A program made the translations under genes and the position numbers. From the sequence record OR924452: a DNA stretch of 64,000 bases. The stretch is one strand, 5' to 3'. Of the stretch, positions 31,241-40,452 are shown piece by piece; the stretch's first letter is position 1; each line of letters begins with the position of its first letter. This DNA comes from Escherichia phage 241. The notes beneath the pieces are model-generated. The model had not been told where the DNA came from and searched no databases. It saw only the letters and a program-made list of their open reading frames with translations.

Positions 31241-31290
31241 GAAAGGGGAACGGGCTAATAATAACCCATTCCCCTTTATTGAAGAACGCA
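31241..31290 (-). terminator. rho-independent terminator preceded by conserved CGTTCTTCAATAAAGGGG motif
   Basis: Hairpin AAAGGGGAA...TTCCCCTTT then CUUUU; second copy of the 28431 element. Confidence 0.4.
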
Positions 31291-31302
31291 ATCGCAGTCA
31301 GA

Positions 31303-31470
31303 TTACTTTTTCTTCAGCTCTTCCAGCTTGGCTTCAATTTGGTCCAGGATTTCTTTACCTTTCTGGACGATGGCTTCACCGTCTTGCGCGTGTTTACGAA
31401 AAACCAGAGCGCCAGCAATGAAACCAACAACCACGCCTGGGAGCGCATACACCAACAGATCTTGTAACAT
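31303..31470 (-). CDS. small membrane protein (55 aa), absent from supplied ORF track
   Basis: Translated by hand: MLQDLLVYALPGVVVGFIAGALVFRKHAQDGEAIVQKGKEILDQIEAKLEELKKK; GAGGA SD 9 nt upstream. Confidence 0.35.
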   Translation of the reverse strand: MLQDLLVYALPGVVVGFIAGALVFRKHAQDGEAIVQKGKEILDQIEAKLEELKKK

Positions 31471-31508
31471 GATTTATATCCTCACTTTTATAAGCAAGGA
31501 TATTTATA

Positions 31509-32744
31509 TCATCGTTTCAACAAAGACATGAGGTTTACACTGGTCGACTTCGGATTGTCCTCTATCTTCCGGACGGGCATTTTCAGATTAGTGTAAACCT
31601 CAGATGGTTCCCAACGCGTACCCTGCTGCAGGTGCCATATATGTAGAGGAACACCCGTCTCAAAGAACACAGGCATCTTCCACTTCTGGACGCCAGGAAC
31701 GTGCCCTGCAGGAGCTTTTTCGCATAACAGGGTATCTGGTAGCCAGAGGGAACGGGCTTCCCATAATGCCTTACAGGAGTACTCAGGCCAGATGCGTTCC
31801 ATGTAGTCGATCTCATCCCAAGTACGCTCGGCATCCCACCCGATGTAACGAGTGTTTTTCAGACGGAAGAATTTCTTAAGCCAACAAGCGCCGGAAGTCT
31901 CAAAGTTCAAACGATTGATGAACGTGATGTGACCAAACTCGGCGACACAATCTTTGAATGCCTGTTCAAGATCAGCCTCAAGGATGTCGCATTCTTCATC
32001 GGTGATAGGACAGCCGTTGATCTTTTTCTTTCCGTGCTTGGTCACCCAGTCGTCACGGTTTGACAAGAATGCCGCGCCGTTGCGGTTGGACTCACTACCA
32101 TCACGGTCACGCAACATGAACCCAGGGACGTCGATCTGATACATGTTGCCGAATACCATGTTCAGGGCTTCCAGGAAGTTCCAGGCGCTCAGGCGACCGA
32201 AGTATTTCCACCCCATAGCCGTGTCCCATAGCTTAACGAATTGATCACTTTGCAGTTTAGTCTCCAACAACGGACGGAAAGCATCCATCTGAGTACGACC
32301 AGCCAGCCAATCAATGTAGGACTGAACACACGGGATCATCTTCGATTTGCGATAGCGGCAATCTGTATCGAATCGCATACGATCGAAGTTCAGGTTATAC
32401 CAATCACAGAATCGCTTGAACTCTTGTGGTGACTGAGGCGGTACAGGAAACTCACTATAAATCGTCCATGGGCCAATCCCATTATAACAACAGCCCCAAA
32501 GGAACGCCATCCAGATCTTGCGCTCGATCTTCTCAAGCTGCGTAATGCCTTCAGTGACTTCAATCGCATAATCCATCAGACGAACTTGTTGGTTGTGTTC
32601 TTCCGTATACGACAGCGCCTCCACCCATGCTTTGAGCAGATACATCCGATTCTCTGGCTTACGATAATCGATTGACAAATCAATTGGGTACTTCCATTCA
32701 GCCGGAGGCGTATAACCTGTCGGCATTTTAGATAGATGCGTCAT
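31509..32744 (-). CDS. hypothetical protein (411 aa); candidate DNA-base-modification enzyme
   Basis: Large Trp/Cys-rich ORF adjacent to P-loop kinase; no motif I can verify. Confidence 0.45.
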   Translation of the reverse strand: MTHLSKMPTGYTPPAEWKYPIDLSIDYRKPENRMYLLKAWVEALSYTEEHNQQVRLMDYAIEVTEGITQLEKIERKIWMAFLWGCCYNGIGPWTIYSEFPVPPQSPQEFKRFCDWYNLNFDRMRFDTDCRYRKSKMIPCVQSYIDWLAGRTQMDAFRPLLETKLQSDQFVKLWDTAMGWKYFGRLSAWNFLEALNMVFGNMYQIDVPGFMLRDRDGSESNRNGAAFLSNRDDWVTKHGKKKINGCPITDEECDILEADLEQAFKDCVAEFGHITFINRLNFETSGACWLKKFFRLKNTRYIGWDAERTWDEIDYMERIWPEYSCKALWEARSLWLPDTLLCEKAPAGHVPGVQKWKMPVFFETGVPLHIWHLQQGTRWEPSEVYTNLKMPVRKIEDNPKSTSVNLMSLLKR

Positions 32745-33102
32745 CCTTCACCTCGGCTTCGAGTTGGATATCTTCAGGGTTTAAAACGGGCTGGCCCAAA
32801 GACCAAATTGGAAGGAACCGACGGTCATTGGATACTACCCAGATTTGCTTGGCGGTTTTCGTTTTTTCAGAAATATAATGCTGGGCATTAACCTGAGTCC
32901 GTGCCAGCCCAATTTGCCGCCATGCACCGAAATCTTTAGAAGATGGATTGGTGTTCAGCTGGAATTGGGGAATGATTTTATTCTGTTCCGGATAATATCG
33001 GACAGCGTTAATCATATTGGCATCGCCACGATAGTCAACAGCAATAGCAATGGCATTGCGTGGAATAAGAATTTTCATTTTAATTCCTTTTGAAACTTTC
33101 AA
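32728..33102 (-). CDS. hypothetical protein (124 aa)
   Basis: ORF. Confidence 0.35.
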   Translation of the reverse strand: MKVSKGIKMKILIPRNAIAIAVDYRGDANMINAVRYYPEQNKIIPQFQLNTNPSSKDFGAWRQIGLARTQVNAQHYISEKTKTAKQIWVVSNDRRFLPIWSLGQPVLNPEDIQLEAEVKDDASI

Positions 33103-33283
33103 TTATGTTGTAAACGAACGGCGTTAATAAAGCAACACCGCCCGAATAATATAACGCGTAAACATTCAATATTTCGGTTGAGTCTAATTCAACGATGCCC
33201 AAATATTTCATAACACCGACAAGCATAGCTGAAAAGCACATCACCAGACCGACGAACACAAAATATTTAGACATCTTTTTCAT
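33080..33283 (-). CDS. small membrane protein (67 aa)
   Basis: Two hydrophobic helices. Confidence 0.35.
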   Translation of the reverse strand: MKKMSKYFVFVGLVMCFSAMLVGVMKYLGIVELDSTEILNVYALYYSGGVALLTPFVYNIIESFKRN

Positions 33284-33286
33284 TAT

Positions 33287-34201
33287 CTACACCTTACGCA
33301 TTAGCCCCAGAAGGGACACGGATGAGGTCTTTGGTTCTTCCTTGGCGACGGCCTTGTTTTTAGTTTTGGATGCCTTCTGCGGCTTCTCAGGCACTCTGTG
33401 AGCCAAAGGATCCTGACCGCCGACTTCACGCGTCATCGGATTGGTTTCGCAATAGCCGTAGAAATCTTTCGACATCAGATTGTTAGCGCGGCAAACTGTG
33501 CCAAGCTGATGATAGATAGCATTACCCACCACCCACAACGGGGCGTCGAACGGCAACATAGCCAATTCGCTATCATTCCCAGTCTTGAATTCTTGGGTGT
33601 TCGTAACCGTTTGGTGGTACAAAACGTCTTGCCCACTGTAATCATCCACGGCAACATTCCAGCCCAGCGCCAGCATTTCAGATTTCGACTTCTCGAACTC
33701 CTTGGAGTAAGATTCGTTGCGTGACCAGCCGGAATCCCCCGCTTCTTTACCAGAGCGTCCACGGATGCGGGCATCGTACTGATAGCGATCAGGATATGCA
33801 AAGTACAGCAGCGCCAAAGAATCAATCGGATAGTTCTTGAACATCCATTCAGGACGCCACTTGTCCGACAGCATCAGGGGTTCGCCCTCACACACCAGGG
33901 TATATCCCTGAGCCAGCCAACCCTTGACGAGGTCGCGAGCAATATCCCCAGAGCCTGTGGCAGCATGAATGGCGTCCATAGAGGTCCAAGACGCCAGGCC
34001 GGATTTATTGGACACTGTGTATTGGCCGACGAAGATTAACTTCAGCTCTTCAAATTTCAGGCCGAAGGGGCGCGTCTTATCCCCAACAGTGTACGACAAT
34101 TCAGTCGGCTTCAGCTTAGTGCGGAGCCACTCGATGAACTGTACGACACGAGTGCCTTTACCCGTGCCGCTGGTTCCTTTGATTACAATGATCTTTGCCA
34201 T
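33287..34201 (-). CDS. P-loop kinase (candidate 5-hydroxymethyl-dU DNA kinase)
   Basis: Walker A motif GTSGTGKGT at N-terminus; specific substrate is inference. Confidence 0.5.
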   Translation of the reverse strand: MAKIIVIKGTSGTGKGTRVVQFIEWLRTKLKPTELSYTVGDKTRPFGLKFEELKLIFVGQYTVSNKSGLASWTSMDAIHAATGSGDIARDLVKGWLAQGYTLVCEGEPLMLSDKWRPEWMFKNYPIDSLALLYFAYPDRYQYDARIRGRSGKEAGDSGWSRNESYSKEFEKSKSEMLALGWNVAVDDYSGQDVLYHQTVTNTQEFKTGNDSELAMLPFDAPLWVVGNAIYHQLGTVCRANNLMSKDFYGYCETNPMTREVGGQDPLAHRVPEKPQKASKTKNKAVAKEEPKTSSVSLLGLMRKV

Positions 34202-34506
34202 TATGCAGCATCCTCAATGCGCCAACTCACTCCACCCAACCAAGGTGCCCAAAACACGGCAACTTGCGGATGACCATTCTCAACAAACTTCACTTTATAC
34301 TGGTCATCAAAGTTATAGAAAATTTCGTCGTCATCAGGTGCCATACCGTTTTCGATCAGAACTCGTTTTAATTCCAACGCTGCGCCAACGGAAGTTGGTG
34401 GATTCTGATTACGGATGAAGTTGTTTACATGGATAATGATACCATCCATATCACTGTCACCGGAACGCTTGTCAGGGCTTTCTACAACTTTATTTTGTTC
34501 TTGCAC
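34201..34506 (-). CDS. hypothetical protein (101 aa)
   Basis: ORF. Confidence 0.35.
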   Translation of the reverse strand: MQEQNKVVESPDKRSGDSDMDGIIIHVNNFIRNQNPPTSVGAALELKRVLIENGMAPDDDEIFYNFDDQYKVKFVENGHPQVAVFWAPWLGGVSWRIEDAA

Positions 34507-34515
34507 GATGTGCTC

Positions 34516-35358
34516 CTATCGGACATATTGATAATGAGAAACCAGGCGATTCACCACTTCATCGAGGTTACGATTCAAGAAGTCAAAGTGGTTTTGGCCT
34601 TCTACATGCTTAATATAAAGCATATCCTCGCAATTCGAAAGATCCAGTTTTTCATAATTGCCCTGAGGGACGAAGATGACGAAGATGTTATTCAGGGCAC
34701 ACGGCTCAACATACTTCGGATTGTCGTCGATCAGGACATCGCCAGCAAGCAGATGCTTTTCATCCGTGCTCACGAACCCATTAATCAACGATTCAAAGTG
34801 ATGGTATATGAACTGACGCTTGCTGCGTTCGTGTTCCGGTTCGCATTTTGTAACTGCCACCATTTCCACTTGCTCAAACTTCTGAAGGAGAGCGGCCTTT
34901 AAATTCGTAAGGAATTCAACAGCCCCTGGCAGTGGTGACATTCTGGAATACAGATCAGGCATACGCCACCAATCCATCGGATCACGTCCTGTTGGCGAAT
35001 CCATCCACTGACCAGCAACGAATACACGGCGCGTTAACCAGGCCGGATGCGCGCGTTCACGCATGAGGATCGCCAGATCACCAGCGTGTGACATATAACA
35101 CTCTTTGGTGATTGGTTGAAATTCAGATGGGTAGTCGTGACATCCCATATTTTCCGCAGCGGCTTTAGAATTAGAAATATTGAACCATTCAACCCACGGC
35201 GATAGGGAATCAACCAGAGTCAAATCCACATCCACCAGAACGCGATATAACCCGCCAATTTTAGAACATGCGTCATACACACCAACGTGATTATTCATCA
35301 GATTTCTCCACATTGTCATAACCCGTTGCGGTGCATTGTTCTTCGGTGCAATCGGCAT
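34516..35358 (-). CDS. HAD-superfamily phosphatase, possible 5'(3')-deoxyribonucleotidase
   Basis: HAD motif I VDVDLT and motif IV GDVLIDD. Confidence 0.45.
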   Translation of the reverse strand: MPIAPKNNAPQRVMTMWRNLMNNHVGVYDACSKIGGLYRVLVDVDLTLVDSLSPWVEWFNISNSKAAAENMGCHDYPSEFQPITKECYMSHAGDLAILMRERAHPAWLTRRVFVAGQWMDSPTGRDPMDWWRMPDLYSRMSPLPGAVEFLTNLKAALLQKFEQVEMVAVTKCEPEHERSKRQFIYHHFESLINGFVSTDEKHLLAGDVLIDDNPKYVEPCALNNIFVIFVPQGNYEKLDLSNCEDMLYIKHVEGQNHFDFLNRNLDEVVNRLVSHYQYVR

Positions 35359-35635
35359 ACAGAACCACAGAAGATTCCTTCACGTAAGTGGTGCAGTGAT
35401 AGGTTTCATCTTCCTGGATGGAATCATCATAATTGCAAACAGTTTGCAACGGACCAGGAGTCGTGTTGTCCAAAGCTGCATGTGCCTTGATGGTGTCTTC
35501 CATCTTATTCACCGCTTGCTGATTGGTGAACGTCGGCGCATCGAGGTCAACAGTAGACGCAACGTCCAGAAGGGTAGAGCATGCAGTGGTAGAGAAAGCC
35601 AGAGCACACACCAGAAGAATCTTATTGAGTTTCAT
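35291..35635 (-). CDS. putative lipoprotein (signal peptide with lipobox-like Cys)
   Basis: MKLNKILLVCALAFSTTAC N-terminus; start set at ATG 35635. Confidence 0.35.
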   Translation of the reverse strand: MKLNKILLVCALAFSTTACSTLLDVASTVDLDAPTFTNQQAVNKMEDTIKAHAALDNTTPGPLQTVCNYDDSIQEDETYHCTTYVKESSVVLYADCTEEQCTATGYDNVEKSDE

Positions 35636-35695
35636 AACAATACCTGTTGTCAAAGGGATAACAGGGGGAATTATATCCCCCTTTGTTTTATTGAA

Positions 35696-38692
35696 TCAAC
35701 CTTTCTTGCCCATCATGGACAACAGATTAACTCGACGTTTGTGAGACCAACCAACCACGTCTAGAATAGACTGAATCGGCTCTATGAAGGTCTTTTCAAA
35801 CGTGGTGTGGTAATCTACCCACTTATCCAGCCCCAACTCCGGAGGGAGGAAGTCAGGGAAGGCTATGCGGTCGTTCCCCACAGGGTTCCCAGGTTTCAGG
35901 TTAATGATTTTAACCTTATCGCCAGATTCTATCGGCGGGAGACCGAGGTCTTCATGCTTGTCTATCAGCTTGTTGTACATAATACAAGCCTTGGCAGCAA
36001 AGTGTGTGCCACTGATATAATTTCCGTTGCCGTCTAACCACTTCTCAATATCACTAACGCCAGAGGCTTGAGCAATATCATCCACGGTTAATTCCATATA
36101 TTCCTTCTTATAACCCGCGATCAATTCCTGAACTTCAGCCTCCGTCCCCAGAAGAACTTTCTCATAGCATTTAACCAGACGCTCACGACACCATTCCGGC
36201 GTTGTAGATTTACGCGCTTCCAGACCTTTGAATTTTATCTTTGGCTTCTCATACTTGATGCCTTCGCTATCGTATACCGCCATGCAATACATCTTCTTGG
36301 CTCGCCATACAGCAGACGATGCGATGACCTCACGTTCCCAGACCATGCGCTGCTCAAACCCGTTCATGGTATTACATAACAACTGCGCCCATTCGCTGGT
36401 TTTTGGCTGGTAATTCTCTTTGATCCATTGGTCAATGTTATCAACGAGTTTGTGATGGTCCTTTTCTTCAGGCCACAATTGCTTGACCAGGCGTTCAATG
36501 CAAATGTAGTTGGAGTCAGTATCACCCGCGATAACAAAATCCTGACCAGTAGTGCCGCAAAGTTTGTTCAGATAATCATCGGTGTGGCGTTTGTTCCATT
36601 TGTTGATCAGCTGGCCGGAAGTGGTGATTGCTTCAGCGATGTTGATGTTGAAGTATTCTTTAAACCAGACGTTGGAGATTGCGCCATAACCTGCGTTCAT
36701 CAAGATCTTCAGACCTTGTTGTAACGTGTCTTGAGCAACCCCCAGATCTTCCCACTTGTGCATGACTTCAGTCAGGTGATCAAGATCGATGTGCTTGTGT
36801 TCTTCATACCATTCAGGATCGTAGAAACGAGACTTCATGGCGGACTCAAGGTGGAAATCACCTTTAGACATTTCCTTACACCAACCAGCCCATTGCTCAT
36901 ACTTCAGGCCAGTTGCTTTCTCTCCTTTACGGTCAGCGTATATGCCTCGCATAATTTCGGAAAGGAAGGACATCTTCTCATTACTGAAGAACTGAACGTT
37001 CGGGGTAAACGAAACGTTATATCGGCGTAGTGTTTCAAAATGGAATTCGCCCAGCGCGACCAATTCATCAACAACTTGTATGCGTTCATCAATAGCACGC
37101 TGCAACTTGTCGTGAAGATTTTTGAGATGACGACGTTTATTCATCGGCGTTGTCATATCATTCATCGCTTTGGTCAATTCCTCACACATAGCCTCAATAA
37201 TATCACGGCGTGTGTGCTTATCAGAAACGATAGTCTCTGGACCAAGGTTGTATTGCTGTATGATGTGGGGATACAGGGAGTTTAAGTCCTCAGAGAAGAC
37301 CCAGAAATATATCCCTGGTGCAACCTCCATGACATATGCGCCTTCAAAATCTGTTGGTCCATCATAGACGCGCTGGATTTTCGGGACAATCCCCTTCTCA
37401 TAAAGACGATAATAGCACATCGCCAGCCACGGTGCTACAGTGCCGAGACCGTCTTCATAGTTGGATTTAGTGCGATAAGCCAATACAAACATCAGCTGTA
37501 TCAAACGCAGTTTTTGTTCTAAGCGCCACACCAGCTTGACGTCTTTGATACCATATCGCGTATGCTTGCAATAATCATTGAAATAAAGGTCATACAATGA
37601 TTTGCTTTCACTATAATCCAACTTCTTCTCACCGAGTTCACAATAAGCGATCCAGTCCAGTGAGTATTTTTCGCGGGTGGTGTAAGTGTGTTTCTTGTAC
37701 ACTTGCATGTAGTCCATCATTGGACAACCCACAAACTGATAAGACGTGACGTCGCCTTTACGGTCTTTGATGAAACGTTTCTTCAGTTTACCCCAAGGAC
37801 TGAGACGCTGGGCTTCGGATTCACCAAGAACCTGCGTAATTCGTTCAACCAAATAGGGACTATCGAACGTTTCAATGTTCCACCCCGTCCAACCGTCAAA
37901 TTGACGCTGCGACCAGTAGTTAAGGAATGAACGCAACAGATCCTGCTCGGTGACGAACTCCATATACTCAACCTGAAGCCCACCGATTTCAGGATCGTTC
38001 TCATCATACCTGAACTTCGCGCGATCCTTGGAACACGGCATGCCCCAGACATAGAATTTATTGGTATTCATATCTTGGAGCTGTATCAGCGTAATAGGGA
38101 ACGCCGCATTCATGTTCTGTGTGATTTTACCGTTACTGTCAATTATAGGGAATTGGTCAGTCACGTTGTTGGAAATAAAGGAACCAGGGAAATGCTCCCG
38201 AACGAAATCATGGTTGGCCAGTACTTGCTTATGGAAACGACGAACCCGCGCCTCGCTGCCTTTAAACGTGTGAGATTCAATCGTTGCGTGCGGGAATGGA
38301 CCTTTAGTCATTTCTCCGTCACGCCAACCAGCCGAGAACACTTCGATATCCACGTTGGCGATGTGGATATTTGAATAATCAGGTGTGATCATCCCAGGAA
38401 AACTATGGGCGATGAATTGATATGCATAATCCGTTTGTCCATACACCGCAGCCCCTTCGACCTCCTTGTACTCCTCAAGATAGTTGTCAGCGTCGCGCAT
38501 TGATGCAAACTTTTTAGACACCAACGGTTCGTTGAGGAGGCCAATCTTTTCAACTTTGGAATAATCAGCTGTGGGTAAATACAAGGTGGGTTCGAATTTC
38601 TTACGCAACATGCGGCGATTGCCGTTGTCGTCTGCGATACGAATCAGAAGGTCGTTACCCTGTCGGGCAACGTTCGTATAGAAAACAGTCAT
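35696..38692 (-). CDS. 43: DNA polymerase, family B (T4 gp43-like)
   Basis: N-terminus MTVFYTNVARQG parallels T4 gp43; B-family pol and exonuclease motifs (e.g. YGDTDS); start set at ATG 38692 with GGAG SD. Confidence 0.85.
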   Translation of the reverse strand: MTVFYTNVARQGNDLLIRIADDNGNRRMLRKKFEPTLYLPTADYSKVEKIGLLNEPLVSKKFASMRDADNYLEEYKEVEGAAVYGQTDYAYQFIAHSFPGMITPDYSNIHIANVDIEVFSAGWRDGEMTKGPFPHATIESHTFKGSEARVRRFHKQVLANHDFVREHFPGSFISNNVTDQFPIIDSNGKITQNMNAAFPITLIQLQDMNTNKFYVWGMPCSKDRAKFRYDENDPEIGGLQVEYMEFVTEQDLLRSFLNYWSQRQFDGWTGWNIETFDSPYLVERITQVLGESEAQRLSPWGKLKKRFIKDRKGDVTSYQFVGCPMMDYMQVYKKHTYTTREKYSLDWIAYCELGEKKLDYSESKSLYDLYFNDYCKHTRYGIKDVKLVWRLEQKLRLIQLMFVLAYRTKSNYEDGLGTVAPWLAMCYYRLYEKGIVPKIQRVYDGPTDFEGAYVMEVAPGIYFWVFSEDLNSLYPHIIQQYNLGPETIVSDKHTRRDIIEAMCEELTKAMNDMTTPMNKRRHLKNLHDKLQRAIDERIQVVDELVALGEFHFETLRRYNVSFTPNVQFFSNEKMSFLSEIMRGIYADRKGEKATGLKYEQWAGWCKEMSKGDFHLESAMKSRFYDPEWYEEHKHIDLDHLTEVMHKWEDLGVAQDTLQQGLKILMNAGYGAISNVWFKEYFNINIAEAITTSGQLINKWNKRHTDDYLNKLCGTTGQDFVIAGDTDSNYICIERLVKQLWPEEKDHHKLVDNIDQWIKENYQPKTSEWAQLLCNTMNGFEQRMVWEREVIASSAVWRAKKMYCMAVYDSEGIKYEKPKIKFKGLEARKSTTPEWCRERLVKCYEKVLLGTEAEVQELIAGYKKEYMELTVDDIAQASGVSDIEKWLDGNGNYISGTHFAAKACIMYNKLIDKHEDLGLPPIESGDKVKIINLKPGNPVGNDRIAFPDFLPPELGLDKWVDYHTTFEKTFIEPIQSILDVVGWSHKRRVNLLSMMGKKG

Positions 38693-38699
38693 TGTTTGT

Positions 38700-38740
38700 C
38701 TCCGGTTAACCGTGCCGTCAGCACGTCCCCGTAATTTAAC
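38700..38740 (-). promoter_or_regulatory. 5' leader hairpins (CGUGC-ugacg-GCACG and palindrome CGGUUAACCG) next to polymerase SD; candidate translational operator
   Basis: Hairpin lies just 5' of SD in polymerase leader, analogous to the T4 gene 43 autoregulatory operator. Confidence 0.3.
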
Positions 38741-38771
38741 CGAGGAACGTTCAATGACCAAGGAGTTTAAA

Positions 38772-39344
38772 ATGGCAATCCCCTTTGTGAGCATGATTCC
38801 AGGGGCGCTAAAGCAACTCTGGAATCTTGGGACTGATTTGGTGCAATATAAGCGGGAAATTGTTCAGGCTAAACACGATGTTAAACTGGAGGCAATAAAG
38901 TCTTCTTCAGAATGGGAACTTTCTAAGATTACCGAAGTCGGCGGATCTTGGAAAGATGAATTCTGGACAATCGTTTTGGCTGTTCCCGCTATCCTTGTTA
39001 TGATCGCTCCGGTTGTGGAACTTCTAATGTTCCCCACCGAGTATCATAAAGGGGATTTCATCAAAGCAGTAATTGATGGTATGCAAGCCCTTGAAACAGC
39101 GCCTGATTGGTATACTGCTTCGCTATTGACAGCAATTAGTGCATCATTCGGTATCAAGGGGTACAACCATTACAAAAGCAATAGCCGGAAGGCGCAAGCT
39201 GTGGATGCTCTCAAACAGTTTGGGGTCAAAGTGGTTAACAAAGATCCCACTGTTGTTACTCAGTCGGGTTCTCCCGATCTTGAGTCTGCTCCCCCAGCTG
39301 GGTCTACTGCGACCTCTGGTGCGTGGCCTGATCTGAAGAAATAA
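38772..39344 (+). CDS. membrane protein (190 aa)
   Basis: AAGGAG SD 7 nt before ATG 38772; central transmembrane helix. Confidence 0.4.
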   Translation: MAIPFVSMIPGALKQLWNLGTDLVQYKREIVQAKHDVKLEAIKSSSEWELSKITEVGGSWKDEFWTIVLAVPAILVMIAPVVELLMFPTEYHKGDFIKAVIDGMQALETAPDWYTASLLTAISASFGIKGYNHYKSNSRKAQAVDALKQFGVKVVNKDPTVVTQSGSPDLESAPPAGSTATSGAWPDLKK

Positions 39345-39348
39345 GTTC

Positions 39349-39376
39349 AAGGGGAGGAAACTCCCCTTTCTTTTGG
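39349..39376 (+). terminator. rho-independent terminator (GGGGAG-gaaa-CTCCCC + TTTCTTTT)
   Basis: Hairpin and T-run directly after stop at 39344. Confidence 0.45.
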
Positions 39377-39385
39377 TGTTAGGGA

Positions 39386-39598
39386 ATGAAAGTGGTAAAC
39401 AAGAGATTGCTCGTCACCCAAGGCGGGGCGACGATAGTACGTGGACGGATATATGAACAAACCAAGCTGGGTGATCATAAGACTCGTCTGACGGTTAAAG
39501 CACCCGACGGTGGTTGGCCAACAAAGGTGATTGTCCCAGACGGCCTCATAGAACGAGGGACGGCGACGTATAAGGGTGCAGAGTTCAAAATTTATTAA
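39386..39598 (+). CDS. hypothetical protein (70 aa)
   Basis: ORF; start uncertain. Confidence 0.3.
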   Translation: MKVVNKRLLVTQGGATIVRGRIYEQTKLGDHKTRLTVKAPDGGWPTKVIVPDGLIERGTATYKGAEFKIY

Positions 39599-39693
39599 AA
39601 TATTTATTGAATAAAGTTTACTTCTTCAATAACTGGCGTATACTTCTAATTGTAGTACGAACAAACAACAATCTGAAGAGAAGGAAATACATC

Positions 39694-40251
39694 ATGGCAA
39701 TCGAAATTATCGCTCAATCAAAATCAGGCAAGACTGTAATGTACGGCACTGAAGAAGGCCGCTGCATCATCAACTACGGCACTATCACTGGCGAGTCTCC
39801 AGAGAAAGGTGGTCGCTATCTGGTTGAGTACGGTTCACGCCTCCTGATGGTAAGCAAAGTCGATGGTCGTGAAATCATGATTCCTCGTAAAGAATACTTT
39901 GACTCACGCTCTGCCGCGATGACTTTCTTCCTCTTCCAGAAACGCCACGAACTCTTCGTTGAAGCGAAAGACGCAGGTCTGGACGACGCGACGGCTGAGC
40001 TGATTGCCGAAGGTAAAATGACTCTCGAAGCTGCTCTGGGAGACATGGATTGCGAAGCCGAAGCACATTATATTGAATATTCCGCATATCAGAACGAATG
40101 TGAAGATGATCCGGAAGACGACGGATTCGACCCTGACCTCCACGGCGGCGAAGACGATAACACCCCTTCCTTAGAAGTTCTGATGGCTGGCGGCCAGGCC
40201 GCTTGGGAATGGCAGAACGAGAAGAACGCCTGGCTGGATTCCCGTATCTAA
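39694..40251 (+). CDS. hypothetical protein with highly acidic C-terminus (185 aa)
   Basis: Start set at ATG 39694 (MAIEIIAQSK) with GAAGAGAAGGA SD. Confidence 0.4.
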   Translation: MAIEIIAQSKSGKTVMYGTEEGRCIINYGTITGESPEKGGRYLVEYGSRLLMVSKVDGREIMIPRKEYFDSRSAAMTFFLFQKRHELFVEAKDAGLDDATAELIAEGKMTLEAALGDMDCEAEAHYIEYSAYQNECEDDPEDDGFDPDLHGGEDDNTPSLEVLMAGGQAAWEWQNEKNAWLDSRI

Positions 40252-40256
40252 TTGAC

Positions 40257-40285
40257 TGAAGCCCCTTCGGGGGCTTACTTTGAAC
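40257..40285 (+). terminator. terminator-like hairpin AGCCCC-ttcg-GGGGCT
   Basis: Stem-loop after stop at 40251. Confidence 0.4.
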
Positions 40286-40299
40286 TGAAGGACTATATC

Positions 40300-40452
40300 A
40301 TGATTTTAATCTTATGGTTTGTATTCACATTTCTGGCCATGGCCGACATCGGCAAATATCACGTTCTCCCAAGCGACCTGACCGTCCTACTATACGGCAT
40401 AGTTTCGTTTGTGCTGGGTTCCTTGCGCGCCCATATGAGGACTATATCATGA
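40300..40452 (+). CDS. small membrane protein (50 aa)
   Basis: Start at ATG 40300; hydrophobic helix ILILWFVFTFLAMA; initiation region AGGACTATATCATG duplicated at 40435. Confidence 0.3.
   Translation: MILILWFVFTFLAMADIGKYHVLPSDLTVLLYGIVSFVLGSLRAHMRTIS

Noticed and set aside
36228-38374. Multiple plus-strand ORFs (60-100 aa) within the DNA polymerase gene
   Set aside because: Fully embedded antisense to an 85%-confidence polymerase CDS; no independent start signals.
35696-38692. Intron or intein in the DNA polymerase (about 100 aa longer than T4 gp43)
   Set aside because: Reading frame is continuous with no endonuclease-like insert evident; extra length appears distributed rather than a discrete insertion.
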